Notes: generated by a model from the sequence alone, not told the origin. DNA of 64,000 nt from Octopus sinensis (GCF_006345805.1 NC_043000.1:138570001-138634000), one strand, 5' to 3'. Counted from the first letter of the stretch, positions 12,730 to 25,750 are shown. Program-made: numbers and translations.

Positions 12730-12920
12730 CCTTTTATTTCTTTCAGTCATTTGACTGTGGCCATGCTGTAGTACTACCTTTAGTCAAATAAATCAACCCC
12801 AGGACTTATTCTTTGTAAGCCTTGTACCTAGTCTATCAGTCTCTTTTGCTGAACCATTAAGTTATGGTGACATAAACACACCAACATTGATTGACAAGCG
12901 ATGGTAGGGTACAAAGATAG

Positions 12921-12954
<34 letters not shown>

Positions 12955-13082
12955 GATGGGCTTCTTTCAGTTTCCCTCTACCAAATCCACTCACAAGGCT
13001 TTGGTCGGCCTGAGTCTATAGTGGAAGACTGAACCTGGAACTATGTGGTTGCGAAGCAAGCTTCTTACCACACAGCTACTCA
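12730..13082 (-). mobile_element. SINE A with internal deletion
   Basis: Family A body on the reverse strand. Confidence 0.85.
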
Positions 13083-13856
13083 TATATATATATATGCATA
13101 CATATGTATATATATATGTACATATGTATGCATGTATATATATATATATATACACACACATAAATATGTATATATGCATATATATAAATTCATACATACA
13201 GAAATATATATATGTACATATACATATTTATACACACGCACATATGTGTATGTGTGTATGTATAATTGATTGGACATACACTTTCATTATTAGATAAAAT
13301 ATTTTCCACTTGAGTAAGTCTGATTCAGTTGGGTATATTTGTTTTTTAATTAAGATAAAAAAAAAACAAGATGAAAATATAACGAAAGCATAGACAAAAA
13401 AAATAATAAATAAATATACTAAATAAAAATGGCAGGCACTTGTAGCATATTTTATTTTTTACATTATTCCTCCATCTGGAATGGAAACTAAGCTGATGCT
13501 ATTGAATATAATCTTTCCATTTATTATACAAGAATTGTAAGAAGATTTCTCCTGATAAACATATAAAAACATTCTGCTGATACCTAATAGAAAGAAAACA
13601 GCCTTCCCTGGTTTTAGTCAGACACTTATCATCACGATCATCATTATCATCATCGTCATCAATGTTTAATATCAGTTTATTTACTTTAACTGATTTTTTT
13701 TTTCTTTCTTTTTTTCTATTTTATTCAGGCTGTATATTTTCACTTGTAGTTACTTAAAGATGCCGAATCATTGTTCATATAATATGAGCTGTGTAGACTT
13801 GCATTCCTGTGCTCAGATTTTGTGATGATTAGGCAGCAGAAGTCCTCCCTTAGCCT

Positions 13857-14716
13857 CATCATCATCATCATCATCATCGTTATCATCCGCTTTCAATGCT
13901 AGCATGGGTTGGACAGTTCAACTGGGGTCTGGGAAGCCAGAAGGCTTGCACCTGGCCCAGTCTGACCTGGCAATGTTTCTACGGCTGGATGCCCTTCCTA
14001 ATGCCAACCACTCCATAAGTGTAGTGGGTGCTTTTTACGTGCCACCAGCACAGGCGCCAGACGAGGCTGGCAAACGGCCACGATCGGATGGTGCTTTTTA
14101 CGTGCCACCAACACGGAGGCCAGGCGAGGCTGGCAATGGCCACGATCGGATGGTGCTTTTTACATGCCACCAACATGGAGGCCAGGCGAGGCTGTCAATG
14201 GCCACGATCGGATGGTGCTTTTTACATGCCACTGACACGGAGGCCAGGCGAGGCTGGCAAACGTCCCCAATCGGATGGTGCTTTTTACATGCCACCGGCA
14301 TAGGCGCCAGATGAGGCTGGCAAACGGCCACGATCGGATGGTGCTTTTTACATGCCACTGACACGGAGGCCAGGTGAGGCTGGCAAACGGCCAAGATCGG
14401 ATGGTGCCTTTTACATGCCACCGACATGGAGGCCAAGCGAGGCTGGCAAACGGCCATGATTGGATGGTGCTTTTTACGTGCCACCGACACGGAGGCCAGG
14501 CGAGACTGGCAAACGACCACGATCGAATAGTGCTTTTTACGTGCCACCGACACGGAGGCCAAGCCAGGCTGGCAAATGGCCACGATCGGATGGTGCTTTT
14601 TACGTGCCACTGGCATGGAAGCCAGTCGGGCCAGGCCTGGCAACGGCCACGTTCGGATGGTTCTCTTATGTGCCACCGGCACTGGTATCACAGCTACAAT
14701 TCCCATTGATGTTGAT
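13857..14716 (-). mobile_element. RTE 3'UTR fragment with an expanded 62-63-bp tandem array (10 units, 14030-14660)
   Basis: GC(T/C)TTTTAC(G/A)TGCC recurs at 14030, 14093, 14155, 14217, 14280, 14343, 14406, 14469, 14532, 14595; (CAT)n tail at 13857. Confidence 0.9.
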
Positions 14717-15367
14717 TGCCCATTGAGGGATTCAAGGGGAGTAAAAAATGTTGAATATGGAATTATACTTTTATTAGATCTAACTACTTTGAATGAATTG
14801 GCTTAGTGCATTTACAGTGTTGTAAACATCATTTGGATGTACTTGCCAGAATGTTGTATTGGCATTAAAGTTCTTTCTGCTCAAAGATTAATTTTGTTTT
14901 CTGTTAATTACTCTCCTAGATGTATTAGTCTGAGTATAGCTTCAGGATATATATATTCCCCCAACTGAAAGAGAAAAGTAGAGAAATAGCATCCAACCAA
15001 GACTAAATTGGTTTGAAGGATATGTTAACATAAAACTATGGTGATTAATATAGAGACAAGGTGGATGTGGAAAGAAAACTGTAAAGTAACAGGAAGGAAG
15101 TAAGTAGTCGAACAAATGCTAGGGGAAAGAAATGGATGGATGATAGCTTTGTTCAAAGCAAATTATAGGATATTGATCTGATTGTTTGAAAGCTAGTTGA
15201 AAATGAATTTTACTGTTAGAGGCAGGTACAACTCAATTTATACCACATCATCATCATCATTAACATTTAACTTCTATTTTCCATGCTGGCATGGGTTGGA
15301 TAGCTTGACAGGAACTGGCAAGGCCAGGGTCTGTACCAGGTTCCATGGTCTGTGTTGGCTTGGCTTC

Positions 15368-15650
15368 TGTGGGATGATGTCAGCAGCTGGGGAGCTGACC
15401 GGAACTTGGGGCTGACTGGAAGAGGAAGGGGCAGGAGTGACAGGCATGCAGGCAGGGGAGCATTGGGCCTTTTCGATCGAGGTAGCCGAGAGAGCTGGAT
15501 GCGTGAACACTTTGTCAATGTAGGGGAAAAGCATCTGCTATTTCTAGAGTTCGGGTCGGGCCACGTGGAAGGGTGCATTATCGCTGGGGAGGTCTGTGTC
15601 GACAAAGAGAAGGTAGGTGTCCTTATTTCAAATCTCCTGCATACACCACA
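15368..15650. mobile_element. Probable solo LTR (283 bp) inserted in an RTE tail remnant
   Basis: TGTGG...CCACA inverted termini; 5-bp TSD GCTTC/GTTTC; host RTE sequence resumes on both sides. Confidence 0.6.
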
Positions 15651-16039
15651 GTTTCTACAACTCAAGGCCCTTCTTAATGCCAACCACTTTTCACATGATA
15701 ACAAAGGTGCTTTTTACATGGTAACATCACCTTAAAATGAAATATATTATTTATTGGATGACAAGCAGGAAATTATTGAGAATACATGTCATACTGGATT
15801 AAAGAAAGTATGAAATTAAATACATAGGTATCCAAAGGAAGCAAAATTCACATAGATATCAAAATAAGTGAGTGGAAAAGTTGTGGGTCATTTTCGATTA
15901 TTGGTTGCTTAACTGTGTTAACTTGTGACTACAGGTTAAAAAAAAAAAGGGAGAAAATGACCAAGACAGAAAATCAAACTTGTCTGAAGAGAAATATTGC
16001 TTTTAATAGAAGTTGGAGAAAAAAGTAATTGAAATTTTA

Positions 16040-16424
16040 GTGGCTGTGTGGTAAGTAGCTTGCTTACAACCACATGGTTCTGGGTTCTGTCCCACTGTGT
16101 GGCACTTTGGGCAAGTGTCTTCTACTATAGCCTCCATCTACTATAGCCTTGTGAGTGGATTTGGTAGATGGAAACTGAAAGAAGCCCATCGTATATATAT
16201 ATGCGTGTGTGTGTGTGTGTTTGTGTGTCTGTGTTTGTCCCCACAACATTGCTTGACAACCGGTGCTGGTGTGTTTATGTCCCTGTAACTTAGCAGTTTG
16301 GCAAAAGAGACCGATAGAATAAGTACTAGGCTTACAAAGAATAAGTCCTGGGGTCGATTTGCTCGACTAAAAGGTGGTGCTCCAGCATGGCTACAGTCAA
16401 ATGACTGAAACAAGTAAAAGAGTA
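16040..16424 (+). mobile_element. SINE A
   Basis: Near full-length family A. Confidence 0.9.
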
Positions 16425-16707
16425 TATCATGCTAACAAAGATACCAAAAGCCATTCTCTTTTCCATTTCTAGTAATGCCAACATGAGACATTTTATTTTA
16501 TAAAATATTCAATAATATGTCATGAAGCAACAAAAGCTCCAAAAGAAGTTGTAAGACACTCACAAGACTTGAAGTATCTTCTGTAGCATGTGTGTCATGG
16601 TCACAAGATGCATGGCTTGAATCCCGTTGATTGCTTTTAGCTTTTTTCTCCATCCAGGAGGAGTTATTTTTTAAAACTCAATATACAATAGCTTTCTTTA
16701 TAATTGT

Positions 16708-17885
16708 ACTAGCAGCATCGCCCGGCGTTGCTCGGGTTTGTAAGGGAAATAACTATACAAGCATTTTTAGACAGTTATAGCCAAAAAATAACAAAAAAAA
16801 TGCATTAAAAATGGAAAAAGAATGACGGTAGATATTCTTTTAAATCGTTGACTCATCGTAGACATTTTTAGAGAGTTACTTCCCGTATTGAAAAAAATGC
16901 ATTAAAATGGAAAAAAATGATGGTAAATTATTTTTTAAATCGTAGACTCATCGTAGACGCGCGCTAATACACAGAAGGGCTCGATATGAATCACGACTAT
17001 AAGATACCCGCTTTTGGTTACACTGCACCGCAAAATGTGGGAGTAGTTAGGAATCTAAATCGTAGGAGACAGACACACAACTTGACTTTTATATATAAAG
17101 ACAAGCAGTATAGCCCGGCGTTGCTCAGGTTTGTTTTTTAGTTGCGCTTAAAACGGCAGACTTTGATGTTGCGTTAACAAAGTTTTGACATAGTTTCAAT
17201 CTATGAATAAAAGTATAGTGTGGCGATGCTCAAGTTTGCTCTGAATGTGCTGTAAATGTGTAATGCCGTCTTCAATTGTTGATATTATTGTTTAATATCC
17301 CTTCTATTAACATTATGGAGAAAAAAATTACCTGTAGATTTAAAGCAAATTGAAGCTCAAGTTTCGAACTCCACTGAAAATCTATTAAGAAGTTAACAAT
17401 GCAACAGTATTCATTAAGAAAAAGTACAGGAAAATCCAAAACGATAGTAAGAACAGTTTGTGGTTACAAAAAAATCAAAAAATGTTATTTTGAAGCCAAA
17501 CGGATGGGCAACATGAATCGTGGTTGTACCTGTAAAATGAATAAAATCGACTATTTTACATCACATATAACTAAAAAAATCTGTAAAATCAAAACATACC
17601 CATTGAAGGTTTGACTTGAACATCGCACTTTTTCTGGTTGAAATTCACCAAAGAATGGCAACACAATAGTAAAAAAAATCATAAAAAATAGCAAGAAACC
17701 ACCTTTTTGATATAAATAATTTTTGGTCTTAACATGGTCCGATTTGAATTTTTTTTCTACAGAATGAAGAGCAAGCCTTCTTCTATCATATTCTCAATTT
17801 TGGTCAACTTGTGCTGCAGGGTCTCGGAGGAGATAGTGATAGTTGCCACACACACACAGACAACTTCAGGTTTATATAAATAGAT
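16708..17885 (+). mobile_element. Two tandem Helentron-associated non-autonomous elements (HINE/DINE-1-like): 16708-17100 and 17101-17885
   Basis: Start ACTAGCAG (ACAAGCAG in the second), CCCGGCGTTGCTC(G/A)GG hairpin, (GACA/CA)n near the other end, terminal TTTATATA...AGA; the first matches 50239-50636. Confidence 0.7.
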
Positions 17886-18011
17886 TCAGTTTGAGATACA
17901 CCACCTTGATGGTTCTACAATTATTTTATAGATACAGATGTTGTATTTTATACTTTAAAAATGTAATAATCATCTTGAAGCTGGGATGCTCTCTTACTCT
18001 TAACAATAATA

Positions 18012-18420
18012 CTCTTTTACTCTTTTACTTGTTTCAGTCATTTGACTGCGGCCATGCTGGAGCCCCGCCTTTAATCGAGCAACTCGACCCCTGGACTTAT
18101 TCTTTTGTAAGCCCAGTACTTATTCTATCGGTCTCTTTTGCCAAACTGCTAAGTGACGGGGACGTAAACACACCAGCATCGGTTGTCAAGCAATGCTAGG
18201 GGGACAAACATGGACACGCAAACACACACACGCATATATATATATATATATACATATATACAACGGGCTTCTTTTCAGTTTCAGTCTGCCAAATCCACTC
18301 ACAAGGCTTTGGTTGGCCCGAGGCTATAGTAGAAGACACTTGCCCAAGGTGCCACACAGTGGGATTGAACCCAGAACCATGTGGTTGGTAAACAAGCTAC
18401 TTACCATACAGCCACTCCTG
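18012..18420 (-). mobile_element. SINE A
   Basis: Full length on the reverse strand. Confidence 0.92.
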
Positions 18421-18530
18421 TTGTTTTTAAAATTTTTTGTTTGAAATGAAATTTAGAGCTGGAATATATTTCTTTTCTAAATGGTATTCACAGTTACAAA
18501 TCCTTTAGCTTTTTCAATTCACTTAGTTAA

Positions 18531-18947
18531 TAGGCGTAGGAGTAGCTGTGTTGTAAGTAGCTTGCTTGCCAACCACATGGTTCCGGGTTTAGTTCCGCTG
18601 CATGGCACCTTGGGCAAGTATCTTCTACTATAGCCTTGGGCCAACCAAAGCCTTGTGAGTGGATTTGGCAGACGGAAGCTGAAAGAAGCCTGTCGTATAT
18701 ATGTATATATATATATGTGTGTATGTATATGGTTGTGTGTCTGTGTTTGTCCCCCAACGTCGCTTGACAACCAATGCTGGTGTGATTACGTCCCCTAACT
18801 TAGCGGTTCGGCAAAAGAGACCAATAGAATAAGTACTGGGCTTACAAAGAATAAGTCCTGGGGTCAATTTTTTAGACTATAGGCGGTTCTCCAGCATGGC
18901 CAAAGTCAAATGACTGATACAAGTAAAAGAGTAAAAGAATAAAGAGT
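18531..18947 (+). mobile_element. SINE A
   Basis: Full length, head-to-head with 18012-18420. Confidence 0.92.
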
Positions 18948-19283
18948 AACTCAGTTTACTAGAAATAGCAGTCAAATCTTCCATGAAACATCATATCTCC
19001 TCCAATAAGGAAAAGACACATGAGATAACGCGGTCCTACTACCTAAGAAAATGAGATGGTTATGGCTGGGATACTTTTGATTATAGGTTTATTCTACCAA
19101 AGTTGACCTGGAGATTGAACTTCAACAAAAGCAACACATTTATTTGAAAGCCAATAAGATATCTACCACATGGTTACTTAACCTTCTAGATTTAAATGAA
19201 AAATTACCATAAGCCATACTATCCCTACTGCCTCAAGGTAAGGACACATTAAACAATATAATCCAAGATAGGCCTAAGAAGAT

Positions 19284-19500
19284 TTTGTTGTTGTTGTTGT
19301 TGTTGTTGTTGTTAAGGGTGATTAGGTGATGGTCTAGGGCTTAGGAGCAGGAGACCCCAGACCTTGGAAAAAAAAAACTTTGGTCGTCTTGTTGTAGTCG
19401 AGGGCTCTTCATTGACGCCCGACACCACTGGGAGGTGGCTCTCGAAGTCGCTGGAAATGGAGATCTCCAGGTCCAAATTCTTGGACTGCGGCCGAAAAGG
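19284..19500 (-). mobile_element. Probable LINE 3' end with (AAC)n tail
   Basis: GC- and CpG-rich segment ending in (GTT)n on the + strand, interrupting older repeat sequence; family not identified. Confidence 0.4.
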
Positions 19501-19675
19501 ATGAAATATATGGTATAGTCAAGGCTGGAAGGCTTTTGATCATAAGTCTGCACAATTAGAGCTGACCTCTACTAAACAACAATTCCTTTAAATGATTTAG
19601 TAACCCAACCTCTAATTAACTTAAGTATTTGCTTCTACAGATGACCATTATAAAAAAGGTATTGAGCTGCTGATA

Positions 19676-20012
19676 TTCATCATCATCATCATCGTGTGAT
19701 GTCTCCTTTCCATGATAGCATGGGTTGGACGATTTGACTGAGGTTTGGTGAACCAGATAGCTGCACCAGACTCCAATCTGATCTGGCAGAGTTTCTACAG
19801 CTGGATGCCCTTCTTAACACCAACCACTCTGGGAGTGTAGTGGGTACTTTTACGTGCCACCAGCACGGGGGCTAGTCAGGTGGTACTGGCAAGGGCCATG
19901 CTCAAATGGTGCTTTTTATGTGCCACCTGCACAGGAGCCAGTCCAGCGGCACTGGCAACGACCTCGCTCGAATGTTTTTTCATGTGCCACCAACACAAGT
20001 GCCAGTAAGGCA
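19676..20012 (-). mobile_element. RTE 3'UTR fragment
   Basis: (CAT)n tail, CTGGATGCCCTTC motif, GTGCCACC units. Confidence 0.85.
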
Positions 20013-20859
20013 ATGTGTATTTTCTATCTTTTTTAATGTGATACTGAGATGTGGAAGGGCAGCACATATGAAATTCTTCTGAGCCTCAAAGTCAGTGGTT
20101 CAGAAGCTTGCAACTGAACTGGACTCTACTAAAGGCTCCTAAGACCTAGGTGGAAGTGTTAATCCAGAAGATAAATAAAATTTACCATCAAACTTTACTG
20201 GGAGTGATTATTCTGATGTTGAGGTTTCCAGAGCTATTTACTCTATGCCAATAATGCCTTGAATAACGTCAGCTTTCTGTATCTAAAAGTTATTTGTGGA
20301 TACAAGCAGGGATATTTAATATATTGATCAAGTATGTTGATCCTTATTTCCAGCAGTTGTTGAATGCATTGTTTACTTAAAGCAAACTTTGCTTGAGGAA
20401 ATACTGAACAAAAAAAAAAATAGAAAAAAAAAATTAACCTTGAAAATAAAAGTAAAATAAACAAAGTAAATAGATATTTTCTGAGTGCTATATTGTAATT
20501 CAGAGCAAACACTCATCTATTATACAGTGATAACGTTGCTTACAGCATTTAAAGGAGAGGAGCATGTAACCATTACAAATATTATAAGAAGAAAAAATAT
20601 GTATGCAAACCTATTATTGTAGAAGGTGCATCAGTAATGTGTTGCTGTTCTGAGTAGTTTTATGCACTCCAATATTAACTTCTCAGATACCTTTTCTCCT
20701 AATTACAATATAAACCACAAGGATCAGAATGATGTAGTGAGCACGTAAAATGTTCTGATCCAGATTAGATTCAGTTTAGGTATTCAGTTTTGTATTGCAT
20801 GTTGCTAAATTTAAAATTTGGTACAATTTTTTTCTTTTTGTTTTACATTTGTGATCGTT

Positions 20860-21191
20860 ACCTGCGTCGCCTTACTGGCACTTGTGCTGGTGGCACATGA
20901 AAAATCATTCGAGTGAGGTCATTGCCAGTGCTGCTGGACTGGCTACTGTGCAGGTGGCTCATAAAAAACACCATTTGCCAGTACCGTCTGACTGGCCCTC
21001 GTGCCGGTGGCACATAAAAGCAGCCACTACATTCTCGAAGTGGTTGTCGGCATTAGGAAGGGCATCCAGCTGTAGAAACTCTGCCAGATCAGATTGGAGT
21101 CTGGTGCAGTCATCTGGTTCGCCAGACCTCAGTCAAATAGTCCAACCCATGCTAGCATGGAAAGCGGATGTTAAACGATGATGATGATGAT
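20860..21191 (+). mobile_element. RTE 3'UTR fragment
   Basis: Same subfamily as 19676-20012 in the opposite orientation. Confidence 0.85.
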
Positions 21192-21420
21192 TAGTCTCAT
21201 GTGAAGAAAAGCAGCAGTAATATTTCATATATCAATCTGCACAATGACAAATATTTTTTTAAAAACGGAAATCTTGAGTCTAAGAGACAAACTCTTATGA
21301 TACCAGCATTATAGTTGCGTAAAATAGCCAGCCATTATTTATTTTGAAATGTCTTTATTCATGCCTATAAATATAAAACGGTGGTTTCTGTTGCTATAGA
21401 CTCTCATAGGATTCTTTGCA

Positions 21421-22272
21421 TAACCCTTTAGCATTTAAACCAGTCGTACCCAGCCCAAATATTCTACCTGTTTTTATGCTCAAAGTGGCCAAATCTGGCC
21501 TCTTACATCTACCCTACAATGTCATTCTAAAATTATAGAATCATATAGGCATAGGAGTGGCCTATATATGTATATGTGTGTATGTGTTTGTGTGTCTGTG
21601 TTGTTCCCCCCAACATTGCTTGACAACCGATGATGGTGTGTTTACGTCCCTGTAACTTAGCGGTTCGGCAAAAGAGAATGATAGAATAAGTACTAGGCTT
21701 ACAAAGAATAAGTCCTGGGGTCGATTCGCTCAACTAAAGGTGGTGCTCCAGCAAATGACTGAAACAAGTAAAAGGGTATATCATTGAAATCTCAAAGCTA
21801 TGAGATAATAATGACTAATTCAAAAGATCATACTTTTTTACTCTTTTAATTGTTTAAGTCATTTGACTGCAGCTATGCTGGAGCACCGCCTTTAGTCGAG
21901 CAAATCGACGCAAGACTTATTCTTTGTAAGCCCAGTACTTATCCTATCGGCCTCTTTTGCCGAACTGCTAAGTTACAGGGACATAAACACACCACCATCG
22001 GTTGTCAAGCAATGTTGAGGGGACAAACACAGACACACAAATACACACACATATATATACATATACATATATATGATGGCCTTCTTTCAGTTTCCGTCTA
22101 CCAAATCCACTCACAAGCCTTTAGTCAGCCTGAGGCTATAGTAGAAGACACTTGCCCATGGTGCCACGCAGTGGGACTGAACCCGAAACCATGTGGTTGG
22201 TTAGCAAGCTACTTACCACACAGCCATTCCTATGCCTATCATGAATAAATAAGCTTTACATGTGGCAGAATA
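21421..22272. mobile_element. MITE (piggyBac-like termini) carrying two SINE A insertions (21545-21778 +, 21833-22237 -)
   Basis: TIRs ACCCTTTAGCATT (21423) / AATGTTAAAGGGT (22258); intervening non-SINE segments are contiguous. Confidence 0.6.
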
Positions 22273-22369
22273 ATCTGAATGTTAAAGGGTCAGTTATCTG
22301 CCCTTGTATTATGGATTTGCTTGAACAGAATTTATAGATGGAGCAATAAGCAGAAAAGCAGAAGTAAAA

Positions 22370-22602
22370 TAAAGTTCCTTCCTGAGTCATACTGGTTTAC
22401 AAGAGTCAGATTCCTGGTTTCCATGGCCTATATATTCCCACCTGGATAGCACACCTGTCCATCACAGCATTACTTTTTTTGCCAGCTGATTGGATTGGAG
22501 CAATGTGAAATGAAATGTTTTGCTCAAGAAAACAACAGGAATTGAAACCACAATCTTACAATTACGAGTCCAACACCCTAACCACTAAACCACATGCCTC
22601 CA
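22370..22602 (-). mobile_element. SINE, head D + T1-like tail
   Basis: Head homologous to 10555-10700; tail similar to 1815-1915. Confidence 0.65.
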
Positions 22603-22903
22603 TTATAAACAGGAAAAAAAAACAACATCAATTGTTCTTGTCATCTTTATTGCCATCGTTGTTGTATCGTTAGCATTATCTGCATTTTTTACTCTTGCCA
22701 ATAGCTGTGGCCAAAAGATATAGAAAGAAGTAGTGACATCTGATTTAAAGAGCTTTTGGCCCCAAAGCAAACTGATACAATATTAGGAAGAATGGTGATA
22801 TTCAGCAGTGCTTGCAAACCTGTTAAAGCCATAATTGCATAGAGAATAGAAAGTTAAAAGGATGAGGATGATAATGTCAACAATTATCATGATAACAAAA
22901 GCA

Positions 22904-22934
<31 letters not shown>

Positions 22935-23613
22935 CAATGAAGAAGATAAGAAGGTGGAAATTTTAAGGTATTTGCTCTTCACTGACAGAATCAAGGGTCT
23001 ATTAAACACTACTTAAAGCTCAACATGCCTTTCTACTCTCATACAAAAGAGCAAAAAAATTCCTTGATGATTTTTAAGTACTCGGTAACCCAAGTAATTC
23101 TGAAACCTTATATGTGAAAGTAGTTATTGTTGTGAAAGTAGCTTGCTGTACAACTGCATGTGTGTATGTTTATGTGTGTGTGTGTGTGTGTATGTGTGTT
23201 GTTGTTGTTGTTGATGCATCAATGTGTATTTGTACATTTGCCTTTTCCTGACATTTTGATGTTTTCTACTTGTTAATATTTCAATAGTTCAACTGTTGTA
23301 AGATGACATTTGCATAAAAAAAAAAAGACAACACATTTTCCAAACTGCATGCTGCTTCACACAATTACCATTCCTATCTTCACAAACCCTTCACACACTT
23401 ATACTTAAAAACACATTCACACACACACACAAACACACATGCATATACACACGCATGTACATAAACATATATAGATATGGTTGTTAGTACAACCATACAA
23501 AATTGGATATAAATACCTATGTAGATGCTAGCATACCTCAACATACATGCACATACATATAGAGATACTTGAATACATAAGCACTTAAAAATGTTTCGCA
23601 TAAACAAATTTAA

Positions 23614-25258
23614 AAGGAGTGGCTGTGTGGTAAGAACCTTGCTCCCCAACCATATGGTTCCAGGTTCAGTCCCACTGCATGTCTTCTACTATAGCCTCAA
23701 GCTGACTGAAAGCCTTGTGAGTGGATTCGGTAGACGGAAACTGAAAGAAGCCTGTTGTATATATATTTACATACACACACACACACACATATATATATAA
23801 CAAAATAATAAATAAAACATATGCATATATACATACATATATGTACGTACCTACATCTATATGTATATATACATACATATATAGGTACAGGACACCAAAA
23901 AACGTCAAACACAATGAGAAACGAAAACATAAAAACAGAACCATGGAAACGGATATTTTTTTTAAACAACGAAAAAACAGGGTACAAGACATACGACAGA
24001 AGGAAAATTCCCCTTCTACAGCCGCCTCCGTTTCGTCTACTCCGCGTTCCGAAGGTAAAGGCGAGACACGACATCGATGAAACGGTCCTACCCCCAAATA
24101 ATTTGAGATTTTTTGCGGAGGGGTAAAAGTGGTAACAAAAACAGGACAGTAAAAACAATACAAGACAGTAAAAATACAAATAAAAATAAAAACAGTAAAC
24201 GACAGGACAAGTAGAACAATAGTAATACGAACGTTAAGGGCTGTTAAGCCGAACGAAAGAGATATTTTGAACGCGTGAGAACAACGGCATAAGAAAGGAA
24301 TAGGATGCCGTCTACATTTGTTGAAGGATGTGGTCAGAAAGACAGGACTCTGGTCACATGTCAGCGACGAGAAGGAGGAGGAGGAAGAGTAAGAGAAAAG
24401 GAACGGTGAAAGGGAGAGAATGGTAGAGAAAACCAGAAAGAATGAAGAATGAGCGAGAGGGGGACAGTAAGGTTAGAAAAATAGAGACAGTAAGGTTAAG
24501 AGTGCGCATCATAATTATTAAGATAAAACTTACTTGGAAGAGGATGCGTGGCGTTTCGTCATATAATAACAAAATAATAAATTAAACATATGCATATATA
24601 CATACATATATGTACGTACCTACATCTACATGTATATATACATGCATATATAGGTACAGGACACCAAAAAATCGTCGAACACGATGAGATACGAAAACAT
24701 AAAAACAGAACCATGGAAACGGACATTTTTTTTAAACAACGAAAAATCAGGGTACAAGACATACGACACAAGGAAAATTTCCCTTCTTCAGCCGCCTCCA
24801 TTTCGTCTACTCTGCGTTTCGAAGGTAAAGGCGAGACATGACATCGATGAAACGGTCCTTCCAGCAAATAACTTGAGATTTTTTGTGGAGGGGTAAAAGT
24901 GGTAACAAAAACAGGACAGTAAAAACAATACAAGACAGTAAAAATACAAATAAAAATAAAAACAGTAAATGACAGGACAAGAAGAACAACAGTAATACGA
25001 ACGTTAAGGCTGTTAAGCTGAACGAAAGATATATATATATATATGTGTGTGTGTCTGTGTTTGTCCCCCCCATCATCGTTTGACACCAATGTTGGTGTGT
25101 TTACATTTACGTAGCAGTTCAGCAAAAGAAACCAATAGAATAAGTGCCAGGCTTACAAAGATTAGGTCCTGAGGACGATTTGTTTGACTAAAGATGGTGC
25201 TCCAGCATGGCTGCAGTCAAATGACTGAAACAAGTAACAGAATAAAAGAAAGGAATAA
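23614..25258 (+). mobile_element. SINE A split by a Penelope-like element (23797-25030) made of two ~465-bp direct repeats
   Basis: 23797-24260 repeats at 24565-25030; SINE halves at 23614-23795 and 25030-25258; the Penelope call is inferred from architecture only. Confidence 0.65.
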
Positions 25259-25524
25259 GAATGCATACATATACAATATATTACGTTCCTCTCTCTACAG
25301 CTCCAACATCACTCTACTACTTTCTGTTCTATTCTCTTTCCAGATCGACTCCTACACACCTCACTTTACCCACCTCCATTCTGGTATTTCCCATCATCTG
25401 CACCACCACCCTATGTTCATCACTCACTGCACTGTTCATGTCATCTCTTGTACTCATGTCTTGCTCCTTGACATTTTATTCTAACACTCCATCACTACCT
25501 TCCTCATATTGTTTTCAACCATAT

Positions 25525-25750
25525 CTATTTCTTTATTACCCACAAGGGGCTAAACACAGAGGGGACAAACAAGGACAGACAAAGGGATTAAGTCGATTAC
25601 ATCGACCCCAGTGCGTAACTGGTACTTTATTTATCGACCCCGAAAGGATGAAAGGCAAATTTGACCTTGGTGGAATTTGAACTCAGAACGTACTGGCAGA
25701 CGAAATACGGCTACGCATTTCGCCTGGCGTGCTAACGGTTCTGCCAGCTC
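25525..25750 (-). mobile_element. SINE family B
   Basis: Family B body; flanking TTTTCAACCATAT duplication at 25512 and 25754. Confidence 0.9.

Noticed and set aside
13729-13855. Strong + strand acceptor (poly-T...TTCAG)
   Set aside because: All three frames close within about 100 nt and no convincing donor follows
13904-14806. Long ORFs with 21-aa periodicity and a CRISPR-like appearance
   Set aside because: The units are wholly repetitive with no unique spacers or cas genes; the ORFs arise because the 63-bp RTE 3'UTR unit is a multiple of 3
20040-20800. Possible degenerate coding sequence (old LINE or processed pseudogene)
   Set aside because: No diagnostic motif could be read with confidence
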